This document shows, one piece after another, positions 45,196-56,000 of a stretch of 62,992 nt of DNA. A program made the translations under genes and the position numbers. The notes under the pieces were generated by a model. That model was not told the origin of the DNA and made no database searches. It was given only the letters and a program-made list of their open reading frames with translations. Source of the stretch: Armatimonadota bacterium (GTDB lineage Bacteria; Armatimonadota; JAAZEB01); the NCBI GenBank assembly GCA_016199585.1, contig JACQGM010000105.1:1-62992 (forward strand). Direction: 5' to 3'. Position 1 is the stretch's first letter; every line of letters starts with the position of its first letter.

Positions 45196-46596
45196 ATGAA
45201 ATGGCCCTGCGGGAAAGGTGGGACAGATATGCACACCTGGTTTCGCGGCACATTGGCAGTGGCAGGCACCTGCTGGCTGGGCCTGGGCGTCGCAGCGGCC
45301 CGGGGGAGCCAGCCCGGGCCGCTGCGCGTCGGCATCGCTACCGCCGACATCACGCCGGAATCCCCCGCGTGGCTGCGTGGTTTCGGGAACCGCGACAACG
45401 TGAAGCCCTCCGAGGGCGTGGCCCGGAAGCTGCTGGCCGAATGTGCGGTCTTCGACAATGGGCAGACGCGCGTGGCGCTGGTGGCTCTGGATCTGTGCAA
45501 TCTTGGCTACCGGCAGTTGCTCGGGCTGCGCGCGGCCGCGGAGGCCGCCGGCATCCCTCAGCAGCACCTCATGGTCAACGTCTCACACACGCACTTCGGC
45601 CCTCGCATCGAGGAACCCCAGCCCGGCCAGCGGAACTCCGAGTACGCGGCCCTCTTCACGGATCGCACCCGGGGGCTCTTCGCCGCCGCCGTTGCCGACC
45701 TGCAGCCGGCAGTGCTGGACTACACCGTCGGCTCCTGCGCGATGGGGATGAACCGCCGCCAACTGAGGCCGGACGGCACCTATCGCGGGGGACCGGAGCC
45801 CCGCAAGGCAATCGATCCCGATGTGCCGGTGCTGCGGGTGCTCAACGCCGAGGGACAGGTGCGCGCCGTCCTCTTCGGCTATGCCTGCCATCCCACCACC
45901 GCCGGGGGGCGGGCGATGTTCCTGGTGGGGACGGACTACCCCGGCTACGCGCGCGATTGGGTGGCGGCCGCCTATCCCGGAGCGGTGCCGATCTTCTTCC
46001 AGGGGTGCGGGGGCGACATCAAGCCGCGCGCCATCCGGCCCAGCAATGGGGAATCCCGCGGGCAGTTCCACTGCGTGCTCCTGAACGAGGAGGAGATGAA
46101 GAAGGCGGTGGGCTACGAGCTGGGGAGGGCGGTGGTGGCCGCCACGGCCGTGCCCCCCCCGCCGGTGCCCGCCGACCGTTCCGCCGAGCTGGAGAAGGCC
46201 CTCGCCACCCCCGTGGTTCTCGGCGGCATCGTGGAGACGGTCTCCCTCCCCTCCAAAGCGGATCCGAAGCGGATGGGCGACTACCGTTGGCACATGGGCG
46301 CGTGGCGCATCGGCGATGTCTGCATCTTCGGCAGCCAGGGGGAGCTGCTCAACGCCATCGGGCGGCGGATCAAGTCGGAGTCGCCGGGCGTGCGCCTCTG
46401 GGCCAACGGCTACACGCACTGGGGCGGGGGCTACTTCGCCGATGCCGCATCCCGTCCGGAGGGCGGCTACGAGGTGGAGAACACCGCGTTCGCCGTAGAG
46501 GCCGAGGAGATCATGGTCGGCAACGCCCGCCGCTACGTCAAGGAGCTGCAGACTGACCCGGTCCACGCCGCGCCGATCCCGCGCCTGCACCCCTGA
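45196..46596 (+). CDS. neutral/alkaline ceramidase N-terminal-domain-like secreted hydrolase C1
   Basis: ORF 45127-46596. ATG 45196 has GGAGG 7 nt upstream, and ATG 45229 is an alternative. Signal peptide 'GTLAVAGTCWLGLGVAAA'. Motifs: 'GPLRVGIATADITPESPAWLRGFG', 'MVNVSHTHFGP' and 'FGYACHPTT'. Confidence 0.65.
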   Translation: MKWPCGKGGTDMHTWFRGTLAVAGTCWLGLGVAAARGSQPGPLRVGIATADITPESPAWLRGFGNRDNVKPSEGVARKLLAECAVFDNGQTRVALVALDLCNLGYRQLLGLRAAAEAAGIPQQHLMVNVSHTHFGPRIEEPQPGQRNSEYAALFTDRTRGLFAAAVADLQPAVLDYTVGSCAMGMNRRQLRPDGTYRGGPEPRKAIDPDVPVLRVLNAEGQVRAVLFGYACHPTTAGGRAMFLVGTDYPGYARDWVAAAYPGAVPIFFQGCGGDIKPRAIRPSNGESRGQFHCVLLNEEEMKKAVGYELGRAVVAATAVPPPPVPADRSAELEKALATPVVLGGIVETVSLPSKADPKRMGDYRWHMGAWRIGDVCIFGSQGELLNAIGRRIKSESPGVRLWANGYTHWGGGYFADAASRPEGGYEVENTAFAVEAEEIMVGNARRYVKELQTDPVHAAPIPRLHP

Positions 46597-46628
46597 GAGC
46601 GCCGCGTCGGGAAGTAAAGGAGGAACTG

Positions 46629-49025
46629 ATGGCTTGCCACACAGGGGCTTGCGCCGGCATGATCGCCCTGTTGGGCGCCACCGCCTCGCTGGCGGCGCCA
46701 CCGGCGCCCTCGTCGCCGGGCTCCGCCGGCGGCTGGCTCAACGTCCAGGAGCTGGGCGCCTCCGGCTCTGAGTCCGAGACTACGGCGTCCACCACGGCCG
46801 GCTCGAAGGAGATCACGGTGGCGGATGTGGGCGACTTCCGGGTGGGCCAGGGAGTGATGGTCTCCCGAGCGTTCACCCGCTACACGGGCGCCACGCTCTG
46901 GGGACCCGACCGCGGCCGGCCCAGCCCCCTGTCCGGCGACGTGATGGAGGTGCGTGGCTACGACGGCAGCAGCGGGAGCTGGTGCGTCTACCTCCTCGAG
47001 GTGAACCCGGCCGCGCCCGCCAGCTTCCGCTGGACCGACGACATCGGGCGCACCTGGCACGGACCCGTACCGATCACCCACGAGTGGCAACCGCTGAGCG
47101 GGGGCATCGAGGTGCGGCTCAACCGGCGCGAGTGGGGCGGCCCTTGCTGCATCAGCTTCAGCGGGCGCGACCAGTTGGTGAGCACCATCGAGAAGATTGA
47201 AGGGAACGTGCTCACCCTCAAGGACGCGGCCAATCGCTCCGCGCTGGATGCCGTGGTGCGCCACTGCGATGACGCCGCGCTTCAGGCAGCCGTGGACGAG
47301 GCAATCCGCGAGAAGCGCAACGTCTACTTCCCGCCCGGTCGCTATCGGCTGGCGAGCGGCATCGTCGTGAAGGATGCCACCGGCATCACTCTCCAGGGGA
47401 GCAGCGGGGTGGAAACCGTGCTGGATGTCCAGGACGGCGTCGGGCGAGCCAGTGAGCAATCCACCGGCGTCGCCGCCGCGTGCTTCACGCTCCTCGGCGG
47501 CACTGAGGTAACACTGCGCAACTTTCGCATGGTGGGCCACTCGGGGTTCGCCAATCGCGACCAGTGCGGGAGCGTGCGAGTCACTCCCCGAGTCTGGGGT
47601 TTCTTTCTGAAAGGGTGCAACGCGGTGACGATCCGGGGCACCGAGCGCGTGCTGGTGGAGAACTGCCATGCCACCCGCATGGCGAGCGAGTGTTTCTACT
47701 CAGGTGGGCCCGCACGGTGGAAGGGTAACGAGCCGAAGCAGTACACCAAGGCGATCACCTACCTGCGCTGCTCGGTGGTGGACTCCGGGCGCAACGCCTT
47801 CAACAACAACGACATGGCGGAGAACACCAGTGTCCTCTACTGCCGCATCCAGGATGTGGGCGGGTGTACCTGGGAAGGGGCGTCCCGCTTTGTGCGCTTC
47901 ATCGGCAACTACGTGTGCAACGCCGGCCCGGTGGCGATGGGCAACATCGGCAGCCGCGACGCGACCCTGGAGGAGCTGGGTTCCGGGCAGCACATCGTCG
48001 CCGACAACGTCTTCGAGAGCGGCGTCGCCTACGACCACTGCGCCATCCGATCGGCTCAGGGCGCCAACCAGGTGGTCGTCCGCAACAACCTCTTCGTGAA
48101 CTTCGGCTCCCATGCCATCGAGATGTCCGGAATGGGAGGAGAGCGCTGGCTTCCCGCCGGCAGAGCCTCCATCGTCGGCAACATCATAGACATGACGGAG
48201 ATCGGTGACAAGCCGATCGCCCGCACCGCCATCCAGATCAGCGCGAGCGACGTGATGGTCTGCGACAACCAGATCTACGTCCGCGGCACGCCCGCCCCGC
48301 TGGTCACGGCCATCCGCATCACGGAGCCCGCTGTGAACCTCAGCATCCACGACAACCTGATCCGCAACTGCGGCATCGGCCTGGTGACCGGGCGCGGACA
48401 GGCGAGCATCAGCCAGGTGGTGGATCCCGCCACCTTCCTCCTGACCGGAAGGGACGTGCCCCTGGTGCAGCGCCAGTCGCACCGCTACCGGGGTTTCCAC
48501 CTCGCCTGGCTGAGTGGAAAGGCATCCAAGACGGTCTCCGTCATCGAATCCTTCGACCCAGAGAGTCTCCGGTTCAGGCTGAGGGAGCCGCACGAGATGG
48601 AAACGGGGGACCGGTTCGAGGTCTTCCCGCCCTCCGCCAACTGGAGCATCCACCATAACACGATCACCGATTGCCTGCAGCCGGTGGTGCTGGACTCCTA
48701 TGGGAGCCCCACATCATCCTTCGCGGACAACACCCTCACGCGCGGCGGCGCCACGGGCGTGAAGGCGGCAGTGGCGATACGCGGCGCCTTCCGGGTGACG
48801 GGCAACCACCTCTTCGGCTTCGACGAGCCGGGGAGCATCGGGTTGTCACTCTTCCCGAACGCGGTGGGGCAGGTGTGCCGCAGCGTCTACCAGAACAATG
48901 TGATCGAGGAGTGCTCGCTTGCTACGGCGGAGAGCGTGAAGGGGCTATGGAAGGCCTCGCTGGTCAGCGGCAACCGCTTTGAGGAATGTGGGAGTGCCCC
49001 CGACGCGGGCGGCCTGCCAAGATGA
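46629..49025 (+). CDS. right-handed parallel beta-helix repeat protein (pectate-lyase-fold)
   Basis: AAAGGAGGA RBS and signal peptide 'MIALLGATASLAAPPA'. 'NVYFPPGRYRLASGIVVKDATGITLQG' is followed by repeated 'N..I.(N/D)' coils ('VVRNNLFVNFGSHAIEM', 'IHDNLIRNCGIGL', 'IHHNTITDC'). Confidence 0.7.
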   Translation: MACHTGACAGMIALLGATASLAAPPAPSSPGSAGGWLNVQELGASGSESETTASTTAGSKEITVADVGDFRVGQGVMVSRAFTRYTGATLWGPDRGRPSPLSGDVMEVRGYDGSSGSWCVYLLEVNPAAPASFRWTDDIGRTWHGPVPITHEWQPLSGGIEVRLNRREWGGPCCISFSGRDQLVSTIEKIEGNVLTLKDAANRSALDAVVRHCDDAALQAAVDEAIREKRNVYFPPGRYRLASGIVVKDATGITLQGSSGVETVLDVQDGVGRASEQSTGVAAACFTLLGGTEVTLRNFRMVGHSGFANRDQCGSVRVTPRVWGFFLKGCNAVTIRGTERVLVENCHATRMASECFYSGGPARWKGNEPKQYTKAITYLRCSVVDSGRNAFNNNDMAENTSVLYCRIQDVGGCTWEGASRFVRFIGNYVCNAGPVAMGNIGSRDATLEELGSGQHIVADNVFESGVAYDHCAIRSAQGANQVVVRNNLFVNFGSHAIEMSGMGGERWLPAGRASIVGNIIDMTEIGDKPIARTAIQISASDVMVCDNQIYVRGTPAPLVTAIRITEPAVNLSIHDNLIRNCGIGLVTGRGQASISQVVDPATFLLTGRDVPLVQRQSHRYRGFHLAWLSGKASKTVSVIESFDPESLRFRLREPHEMETGDRFEVFPPSANWSIHHNTITDCLQPVVLDSYGSPTSSFADNTLTRGGATGVKAAVAIRGAFRVTGNHLFGFDEPGSIGLSLFPNAVGQVCRSVYQNNVIEECSLATAESVKGLWKASLVSGNRFEECGSAPDAGGLPR

Positions 49026-49067
49026 GAGCGGGATACGGCTCCGTTGGGCCTTGGAAGGGGACCTACG

Positions 49068-52000
49068 ATGAGACACCTGATGGTCGCCGCAGTGCTGGTG
49101 GCTGCGATGGTCAGCACCCCAGGCACCTGGAGTGAGGAGTTTGCTCCGATGGAGAACGTGCAGATCACTCGATTGAAGAAGATGTACCGGGAGACGGCGC
49201 TGGTGGCGGGGGGTCAGGCGCAGTGCGCCATCGTGGCGCCGGCTGACCCGGCCTACCTGCCGCTGGCGCAGAAGCTCGCGGGGGCCGTCGAGAAGGCCTA
49301 CGGGGCGGCCCCTCCCGTCCGGCAGGCCGGCGAGATGTCCGGGCGGCTTCCACCGAGCGAGAACCTGATCGCCCTGGGGGTCTTTGCCAACAACAAGGTG
49401 GTGGATGACCTGTACCTGCGCGAGTTCGTGCTGTGCGACTATAGCTGGCCGGGTGCGGGGAACAGTTTCGAGATCCGCACGGTCCACAACCCCTGGCTGA
49501 ACGGGAAGAACGTGCTCTACCTGGGCAGCGCGAGCCTGGCAGGCTGCCAGGCAGCGGTGGACCGCTTCATCCAGATCCTGGCCGAGCACCCCGGGGGCTC
49601 CATCGGCCCGATCATCGAGGTCGTCAAGGATGGCGAGAGGGCCGCGCCTCCCAGCGATGAGGAGGTGGCCACGATCCAGAGGGGCATTGATGCGGCCACC
49701 CATCAGGATGGGCCGAACAACGACGCGGCGCTCTGCGCCACCAACTACTTCGTCACGGGGCAGCCGGTCTGGGCGAAGCTCTTCCTCCAGGCAATGAGGA
49801 AGGCGGATGAGCTCCGGCGGACGCAGCCCGCCGTCGAATTGCCCCCCAACTGCCAGTACCTCTTCCACTGGTTTGACTGCATCGAAGAGGGATCCGCCTT
49901 CAGCGATGCGGAGCGGCTCGAGCTGACCAACATCCTCTATCGCGCTGCCACCCGCATGCGGGAAGCCCGGTCGGTCCAGAAGCCGCTGACGATCTCGGCC
50001 GGGAACTGGCGGCTGACGGGCGCCTTCGCGGCCCTCTACCTCTCTCGCTCCTATCCGGACCTGGCGCTGAGCAAGCTCCTCCTATCCAACCTGGATACCT
50101 TCTACGCCCCCGACATGGTCCACTGGAAGCCGCCTGAGGACTGCCCGAGCTACGGGCAGCACACGATCGCTCGCAGCTTCAGGTGGGCGCTGCACCGCCC
50201 CAGTCCTGCCTACATTGAGAACGGCCTGCTCAAGAAAGCCGCCGACTACTACATGCTGATCAGCAACAACCTGGGCCAGACCTCCGGGTTCGGCGACTTC
50301 ACCGGCCTGGGCGACAAGCCCCATCTGGTGGCAACCTATCCCCTTGCCGCCTGGCTTTACAAGGACGGGCGCTACCTCTGGTGGTGGGACCACTTCTCCA
50401 CGGATCCCACCGCTTCCGGCTCCGGGTCCTCTGCCTATCAACGCAAGGGTCTCCTCGGCTGGGTGCCGCCGGAGGTCCTCCCCCGGAAGCGCCCGGACGA
50501 CCTCCTCGGCGTCGCCGTGGCGCCCCTCGACCCGTGGATCTACGAGCGGCGCAACGTCGCCGAGTTCCTGGGCGTCTCCTACGAGGAGAGCCACCGCTTC
50601 CCGTTGGAGGAGTGCTACGACAAAGTGGCCTTCCGCGCCGGCTTCGAGCCGGAGGACCAGTACCTCTGCATGAGCGGCTTCAGTTGGGGCTACCACTCCC
50701 ATCCCGACGTGAACGCGATCGTCAACTACACCGACCAGCGCAAGACGATGCTGTATGACGACGGCTACATGGTCGCATGGCCGAGCGAGCACAACACGGT
50801 CGTCATTCTGAAGGACGGTTGGATGGGCGGCGTGCCCGAGCTGGCTCAGGTCCGGTCTCAGGCCGATCTCCCCGGCATCGGGGTGTTCGTCTCCCGCGTC
50901 AACGACTACAGCGGCGTGGACTGGGACCGCTGCGTCATCTGGTCCAAGGCGCGCTACTTCCTGGTGATTGACGACGTGCAGGCCAAGGACCCGGCGAGCT
51001 ACAGCTTGCAGTGCATCTGGCGGACGCTCGGCAGCGCGGAGCTCCAGGGGCGGCGATGGGTCAGCGAGAACCCTCCGGGCCGGTTCCACCTCATCGCCTG
51101 CTCGGATGCCGGCCTGACCGAGAAGGCCTCGGCGGGCATGAACCTCAACGCGCCGGCCCTGCCGCTGGACAAGGCCCGGCGCCTCATCCAGTCGGCCGAC
51201 GTGCGCCTGGAGCCCGGCCAGGGCTACCAGTTCGCCAACCTCTTCTACAGCACGCCGGATGAGGCAGGAGCGCGCCGCGTGGAAGTATCGCGCGTGGGGG
51301 ACACGACCACCTATCTGGTGGAAGACGAGGGGAAAGCGGCCCTGGCGGGCATCCGCGAGAGTGACGTCGTTCCGGGGCTCTCCATCGAAGGGGCGGCGTT
51401 CCACTTGCTGAGTGACACGCTGACGGTGGCCGGCGCCAGGCGTGTGGCGGCCGGCGGCCCGCTCTTCTCGGCCGACGCGCCGGTGAATGTCCAGGCCAAC
51501 CTGCGCACGGGCGAAGCGATCGTTCAGGTGAAGAAGGCGGCGCAGATCACCTTCGCGGCGGCGCAAGGGGAGAAGAGAGAGCGGCTGGAGCCGGGCACGC
51601 ACTCCCTGAAGCTCAGGCCGGTGTCCCCTGCCGCCCTGGAGGGAATCGCTCGGGAGGTGCAGGCCACCCGCGCTCGTCTGGCCGCGGCGCCCACCGCGGC
51701 CGAGAAGCCGGGCGCCGGCAGCGGCCAGGGGCTGCGCAAGCTCTGGGAGTACCGCGCCGCCGCCGCTGCCGGGGAGCAGGCCGTCGCCGGGAGCGGCTCG
51801 CGCCCCAACGTCGTGCGAGTGGCGGATGCCAACGGCGATGGCCGACACGAGGTCTTCGTGGCGGGCACCGATAACGCCATCCACGCCCTCGCCCCCGATG
51901 GGCGCCGCCTCTGGCGGCACCCGCTACCCGCCATCATCAACGACATGAACCTGGCGGAAGGCCCGGGCGACCAACTCCAGATCCTGGCCGGGTGCGGCAA

Positions 52001-52958
52001 CAACACCGACATCTCCTTCGAGGTGGACCCCTCTCACGGCACGGCCGCCGTCCACTCGCTGAAGGCGGATGGCACCGCCAACTGGCGCGTGGTGCCGCCC
52101 CCGCGGAGCTATGGCCGCCCGGGCTACCGCGAGGGCGATCCCGTGCTGCACCAGGGCACGCCCGTGGCGGTCTTCGCCGATGATCTGAACGGCGATGGAA
52201 GCCCGGAGATCATTGTGCTCGCCCACACCGGTTGGGTGTACGCCTACGACCACGCCGGGAAGCCGCTGTGGGAGCGGATCTCCCACTCGCCCCACTCGAT
52301 GACGACCGGCACCGCCTTCGACCTCGATGGCGATGGCCGCAAGGAGATCATCGTCAACAACGTCTATGGCTACTCCCAGATCCTCTCCTCGGAGGGTGAG
52401 GTGCTCGGCACCGCCGGGGGCACCGCCCATGCGGGCGGGGTCGCCGCGGCCGCCGCGGACGTGGATGGCGATGGTCAGGGCGAGGTCGTCGTGGGAGACA
52501 AGCTGGGCAAGGTCTGGCTCCAGAAGACGGTGAAAGGAGCAAAGTGGTCGGCCCGGGAGGAGACGAACGTCTACAACGCCGGGGGTGACATCACGGCGGT
52601 GGCGATGGGCGACGTGAACGGTGACGGCAAGCTGGAGACGGCCGTGGCGTCGAAGAACTTCCTCCTGTATCTGTTCGACGCGGAGCGCCAGCCCCTGTGG
52701 CACGTCAACCTGGGAGACACCTGCCTGGACATCCGCATGGCCGACGTGACGGGCGACGGACGTGCCGACATCGTGTGCGGGTGTGAAGACGGCACGGTGA
52801 AGGTGGTGGATGGAGGCGGCAAGGTGATCGCCTGGTATCAGGCCGGGTCGGCAGTGCGCGCCGTGTGCGTCTGCGAGCTGGACGGCAAGGCGGAGACGAA
52901 GGAGATCGTGGCGAGCTGCGCCGACGGCACGGTGTGCGCCCTGCAGGTGGCCCGGTAG
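49068..52958 (+). CDS. heparinase II/III-like domain fused to a C-terminal FG-GAP/VCBS beta-propeller (1296 aa)
   Basis: ORF 49044-52958, with ATG 49068 preferred and signal peptide 'MRHLMVAAVLVAAMVSTPG'. 'GYHSHPDVNAIVNYTDQRKTMLYDDGY..SEHNTVVI' is Hepar_II_III-like. Six FG-GAP-type repeats are present ('DANGDGRHEVFVAG', 'DLNGDGSPEIIVLA', 'DLDGDGRKEIIVNN', 'DVDGDGQGEVVVGD', 'DVNGDGKLETAVAS', 'DVTGDGRADIVCGC'). Confidence 0.7.
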   Translation: MRHLMVAAVLVAAMVSTPGTWSEEFAPMENVQITRLKKMYRETALVAGGQAQCAIVAPADPAYLPLAQKLAGAVEKAYGAAPPVRQAGEMSGRLPPSENLIALGVFANNKVVDDLYLREFVLCDYSWPGAGNSFEIRTVHNPWLNGKNVLYLGSASLAGCQAAVDRFIQILAEHPGGSIGPIIEVVKDGERAAPPSDEEVATIQRGIDAATHQDGPNNDAALCATNYFVTGQPVWAKLFLQAMRKADELRRTQPAVELPPNCQYLFHWFDCIEEGSAFSDAERLELTNILYRAATRMREARSVQKPLTISAGNWRLTGAFAALYLSRSYPDLALSKLLLSNLDTFYAPDMVHWKPPEDCPSYGQHTIARSFRWALHRPSPAYIENGLLKKAADYYMLISNNLGQTSGFGDFTGLGDKPHLVATYPLAAWLYKDGRYLWWWDHFSTDPTASGSGSSAYQRKGLLGWVPPEVLPRKRPDDLLGVAVAPLDPWIYERRNVAEFLGVSYEESHRFPLEECYDKVAFRAGFEPEDQYLCMSGFSWGYHSHPDVNAIVNYTDQRKTMLYDDGYMVAWPSEHNTVVILKDGWMGGVPELAQVRSQADLPGIGVFVSRVNDYSGVDWDRCVIWSKARYFLVIDDVQAKDPASYSLQCIWRTLGSAELQGRRWVSENPPGRFHLIACSDAGLTEKASAGMNLNAPALPLDKARRLIQSADVRLEPGQGYQFANLFYSTPDEAGARRVEVSRVGDTTTYLVEDEGKAALAGIRESDVVPGLSIEGAAFHLLSDTLTVAGARRVAAGGPLFSADAPVNVQANLRTGEAIVQVKKAAQITFAAAQGEKRERLEPGTHSLKLRPVSPAALEGIAREVQATRARLAAAPTAAEKPGAGSGQGLRKLWEYRAAAAAGEQAVAGSGSRPNVVRVADANGDGRHEVFVAGTDNAIHALAPDGRRLWRHPLPAIINDMNLAEGPGDQLQILAGCGNNTDISFEVDPSHGTAAVHSLKADGTANWRVVPPPRSYGRPGYREGDPVLHQGTPVAVFADDLNGDGSPEIIVLAHTGWVYAYDHAGKPLWERISHSPHSMTTGTAFDLDGDGRKEIIVNNVYGYSQILSSEGEVLGTAGGTAHAGGVAAAAADVDGDGQGEVVVGDKLGKVWLQKTVKGAKWSAREETNVYNAGGDITAVAMGDVNGDGKLETAVASKNFLLYLFDAERQPLWHVNLGDTCLDIRMADVTGDGRADIVCGCEDGTVKVVDGGGKVIAWYQAGSAVRAVCVCELDGKAETKEIVASCADGTVCALQVAR

Positions 52959-53024
52959 CCGGATCCCGTCGCGAGGGGGCCGGAACAGCAGGTGCCCGAT
53001 GGCGGGAGTGAGGAATCTACTCGA

Positions 53025-56000
53025 ATGGATGACGTGAAGATCACTCAGTTGAGGAACGTGTGCGCCCTGATGGGGGCGATCTGTGTCGCCGCGGGCAGCC
53101 CCGGTCAGGGAGCCGAGCGGGCGCGCGGGGACAACCTTGTACCCAACGCCGGGTTCGAAGAGGAGACGGTGAAGGCCGGCCTCCCCGACGGCTGGACGCT
53201 TTCCGTGCGTCCGGAAGATACCGGACAGACGAACGGGCAGCTCTCCAGAGCTGCGCGCTCGGGCCGGTACAGCTTCTGCGTGGAGCAGAGGAACGGATCG
53301 CAGGGGGCAACCCTCATCTCACCCCGCTTCGAGCTGAAGGCGGGCACCGCCTACGAGGTGAGCGCCTGGTTGAGGATGGAGGGGGGGCGGTTGCCCAAAG
53401 ACACCGTGACCCTTCGCGTGACCACCGACGGCGGCAACCGCAGCTTCGACTTCACCGCCACCCGCAGGTGGCGGCGGGCGACGGCCATCCTCCTCACCGG
53501 CGCCGGCACGACGTTCGGGAACCTCGAGTTGCAGCGGCTGGCCGATGTGGCGGATCGCGTCTTCATCGATGACGTGGCGGTGAGGGAGACCGATGCGAAA
53601 GGCGGGGTGCCGGTCGTCCACAAGACCGACCTCGCGGCCTTCGAGTTCGCCCGCCAGCGCCCGCGGGTGGAGCACACCGCGGCGGAGATCGAGGAGATGA
53701 AGCGTTCGCTGGCGGGCAGCAACGTTCGCGAGCACGAGTGGGTGAAGGCCGCGGAGCCGTGGCTGGAGCGGCAGCTCTTCTTCTACGAAGAGGGGTGCGG
53801 CCCGAAGTACTACTCTGCCGGGGTGATGTGCCCCGTGTGTGGCGCCCAACTGCGGGGGATCGTCCACCCGGACGGCGCAACCGAGATGGAGTGCCCCAAG
53901 TGCGGGAAGCGCTACCGAGAGGAGGCTCACCGGGCCGTGGGCCGCGCCTGGGTGAACTGCCGGCAGGCGAGCGGGGCCCAGGCGCTCGGCCGGGCCTACG
54001 CGCTCACCGGCGACCTGCGCTTCGCCCGGCGGGCGGCGGAGATCCTCCTCGGGTTCGCCGGCCACTACAAGGAGTGGGGCGGCGGACACGCGGCACACTA
54101 CACCCTCCACGAGCCCTATGCCTTTCTCACCCCCTGTGCCGCCGCCTACGACTACATCTACGACAGCGGCGTTCTCTCGGCGGAAGAGCGTGGCAAGGTC
54201 GAGGAGAACCTCCTGCGCGTCGGCGCCGAGTTCTACAGTCAGCAGGGCATCAGCGATCGACTGAACAACCGCTCGGCCGTCTACAGCGAAGCGGTGATGG
54301 CGATCGGGGTGGCGATCGGCGACAAGGGGTTCGTGGATCACGCGATCAACAACCCCTACGCCGGCTTCCACACCCTGGCGGCGCACCTCTACCTGCCGGA
54401 CGGGCTCTCTTGGGAGGGCTTCGGGTATCACACCTACACGGTGAGCGGCCTGGCGCCCATCGCGGAGAAAGCCTACCGCGTCGGCATCAACGTTTACGGC
54501 GACCCGGCCTACCGAAGGATCTTCGAGGCGCCCCTCGCCGTGCTCCTTCCCGGGGAGGAGTTGATACCCAAAGACTACGAGGTCGTCTGTCGCCGACTTG
54601 CGGAGATCGGCCTCCCGCTGGAATACCCCTTCGGCGCGGCAGACCTGCCTTCCCGCATGCCTTCCCACCTCTTCGACCAGTTCGGGTTCGGGGTGCTGCG
54701 CCGGGGCGAGGGCGCGGAGCAGATCTACCTCTCGATGGAGTACGGCAAGGAGGCGATGTTCATGGGGCACGCCCCGGGGGTGAAGTTCTCCCCGCGCCTC
54801 TTCGCCAACGGCCGGCTGCTCACGGCCCGGGATACCCATACGTACGAGGGCGAGCTGGGCGGCGGCTGGAATCGCCGGTCGCTGGCCCACAATACGATCA
54901 CCGTGGATGACCGGGATCAGTGGACGCGCACGACCGCCGGGGTCGACCCCGGCTACGCGCCGCGGAAGCTGGTCGCCTTCGCCACGGCGCCCCGGGTGAA
55001 GGTGGTGCGGGCGCGTGACGACGAGGTCTACGGCGGCGTCACGCTCGACCGGACGCTCTTCCTGGCAGACGGCTATGTGGTGGACCTGTCGGGCGCCCGG
55101 GGAAGTGGGGACAGCCACCGCTTCGATCTGAGCTATCGGATCTTCGGAAAGCTCAGTTGCGGCCTCCCCTTCCAGCCGCGCAAGGGCCCGCTGGGCGCCA
55201 ATCACGGCTACCAGTACCTCACCGACGTGCGCAGCGCGCGTACGGCCGCCGCGTGGTCGGCCGACTGGCGGCAGGCAGAGGAGAGTGCGCTGCGGCTCTC
55301 GGTGCTGGGAGATGCCGAGACGGAGGTGCTCGCCTGCGCGTCTCCTCCGGATGACCGGAAGCCGGATGAGAACGGGGAGGCCATCGTGGCGCGGCGCTGG
55401 GGCGAGGGCACGGTCTTCGCCTCGGTCTGGGAGCCCTACCGCGACACGCCCCGGGTTTCCCGGGTCCGGCGCCTGCAAGTGCAGGGCGCGGGAGACTCGC
55501 AGGGCGTCGGGGTGGAAGTGGTGCAGGAAGGGCAGGCCGGCGCCGATTGCTTCCTGGTGACGTATGCGCCGGGGAAGAAGCGCTTCGGCGACATCGAGCT
55601 GGACGGGAAGATCGCGGCGGGCCGCTGGCGCAGTGCGCCGGCCGCGCCGGAGTACCTGTACCTGGTGAAGGGGGTGCTGCTGAAGCGCGGCGCCCATTCC
55701 ATTGAGGCGAACGCCCCGGCGACGCTCTACGTCGAGCAGGCGGCTCCCGGCCGGCTGCTGGTGAAGTCGGGGAGCGAGAGCGCCGGCACGCTGACCCTGA
55801 GGGGGAGGCTGCCGGGCGCGGTGACAGTGCAGCGCGACGGGCAGCCGGTGACAGTGAACGTGGCGCAGGGGAGAACCCTCACCTTCGATGTGGCTCAAGA
55901 CGCCTCCTACGACGTGACCGGCGTGACGGAGTGGCAGAGGATCCGGCTGGTGCGCGAAGGCCCGGCGGAAGCGGAAGAAGCCGCGGCGGTGGGGGCTGCG

